Below, one piece after another: positions 63,936-64,000 of a stretch of DNA of 64,000 nt; the stretch's first letter is position 1, and each line of letters opens with the position of its first letter. This DNA comes from Eledone cirrhosa (lineage: Eukaryota). Both the position numbers and the translations under genes were made by a program. The notes under the pieces are model-generated. The model did no database searches. It had not been told where the DNA came from and saw only the letters and a program-made list of their open reading frames with translations. The DNA lies in the NCBI GenBank assembly GCA_964016885.1, contig OZ024744.1, positions 55,862,001 through 55,926,000 on the forward strand. The letters run 5' to 3'.

Positions 63936-64000
63936 ACACTGCAGCCCCAGGCCCAGAGCCCATCACTCTCTCCCCTTCTCCTTGCCTTTCTTCTGTGGCC

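Overview
Eukaryotic, AT-rich, microsatellite- and retroposon-saturated animal DNA. The repeat landscape suggests an octopus/coleoid cephalopod (inference, not proven). One host gene is present on the minus strand: an HSL-family (Abhydrolase_3) alpha/beta-hydrolase esterase with three phase-compatible coding exons (57036-56811, 7631-7499 with HGGG, 959-838 with YRLAPEH), separated by a 49.2-kb and a 6.5-kb intron. The gene continues past the left edge. Intron 1 is filled with three related RTE-clade LINE families, called A, B and C here. They end in (GAT)n tails, sit mostly in (TA)n tracts, and their RT carries an inserted C4HC3 PHD-type finger. Also present are tRNA-derived SINEs, hAT, piggyBac-like and mariner elements, a 4.4-kb AT minisatellite, and fragments of CR1, Tx1, R4/Dong and CRE-like LINEs. 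Most notable: (1) a full-length U6 snRNA retrocopy fused at its U-tail to an RTE 3'UTR whose 48-bp module has expanded to ~30 copies; (2) the PHD finger inside the RTE reverse transcriptase; (3) the same in-frame TGA at an expected Trp in two separate RTE-A copies; (4) a 768-bp foldback element with an 8-bp TSD whose arms contain a LINE 3' end, inserted into a pre-existing hairpin ~330 bp upstream of the start codon; (5) remnants of HDV-like and hammerhead ribozymes. Boundaries of degenerate repeats are approximate, and all family names come from motif recognition by eye, not from database searches.
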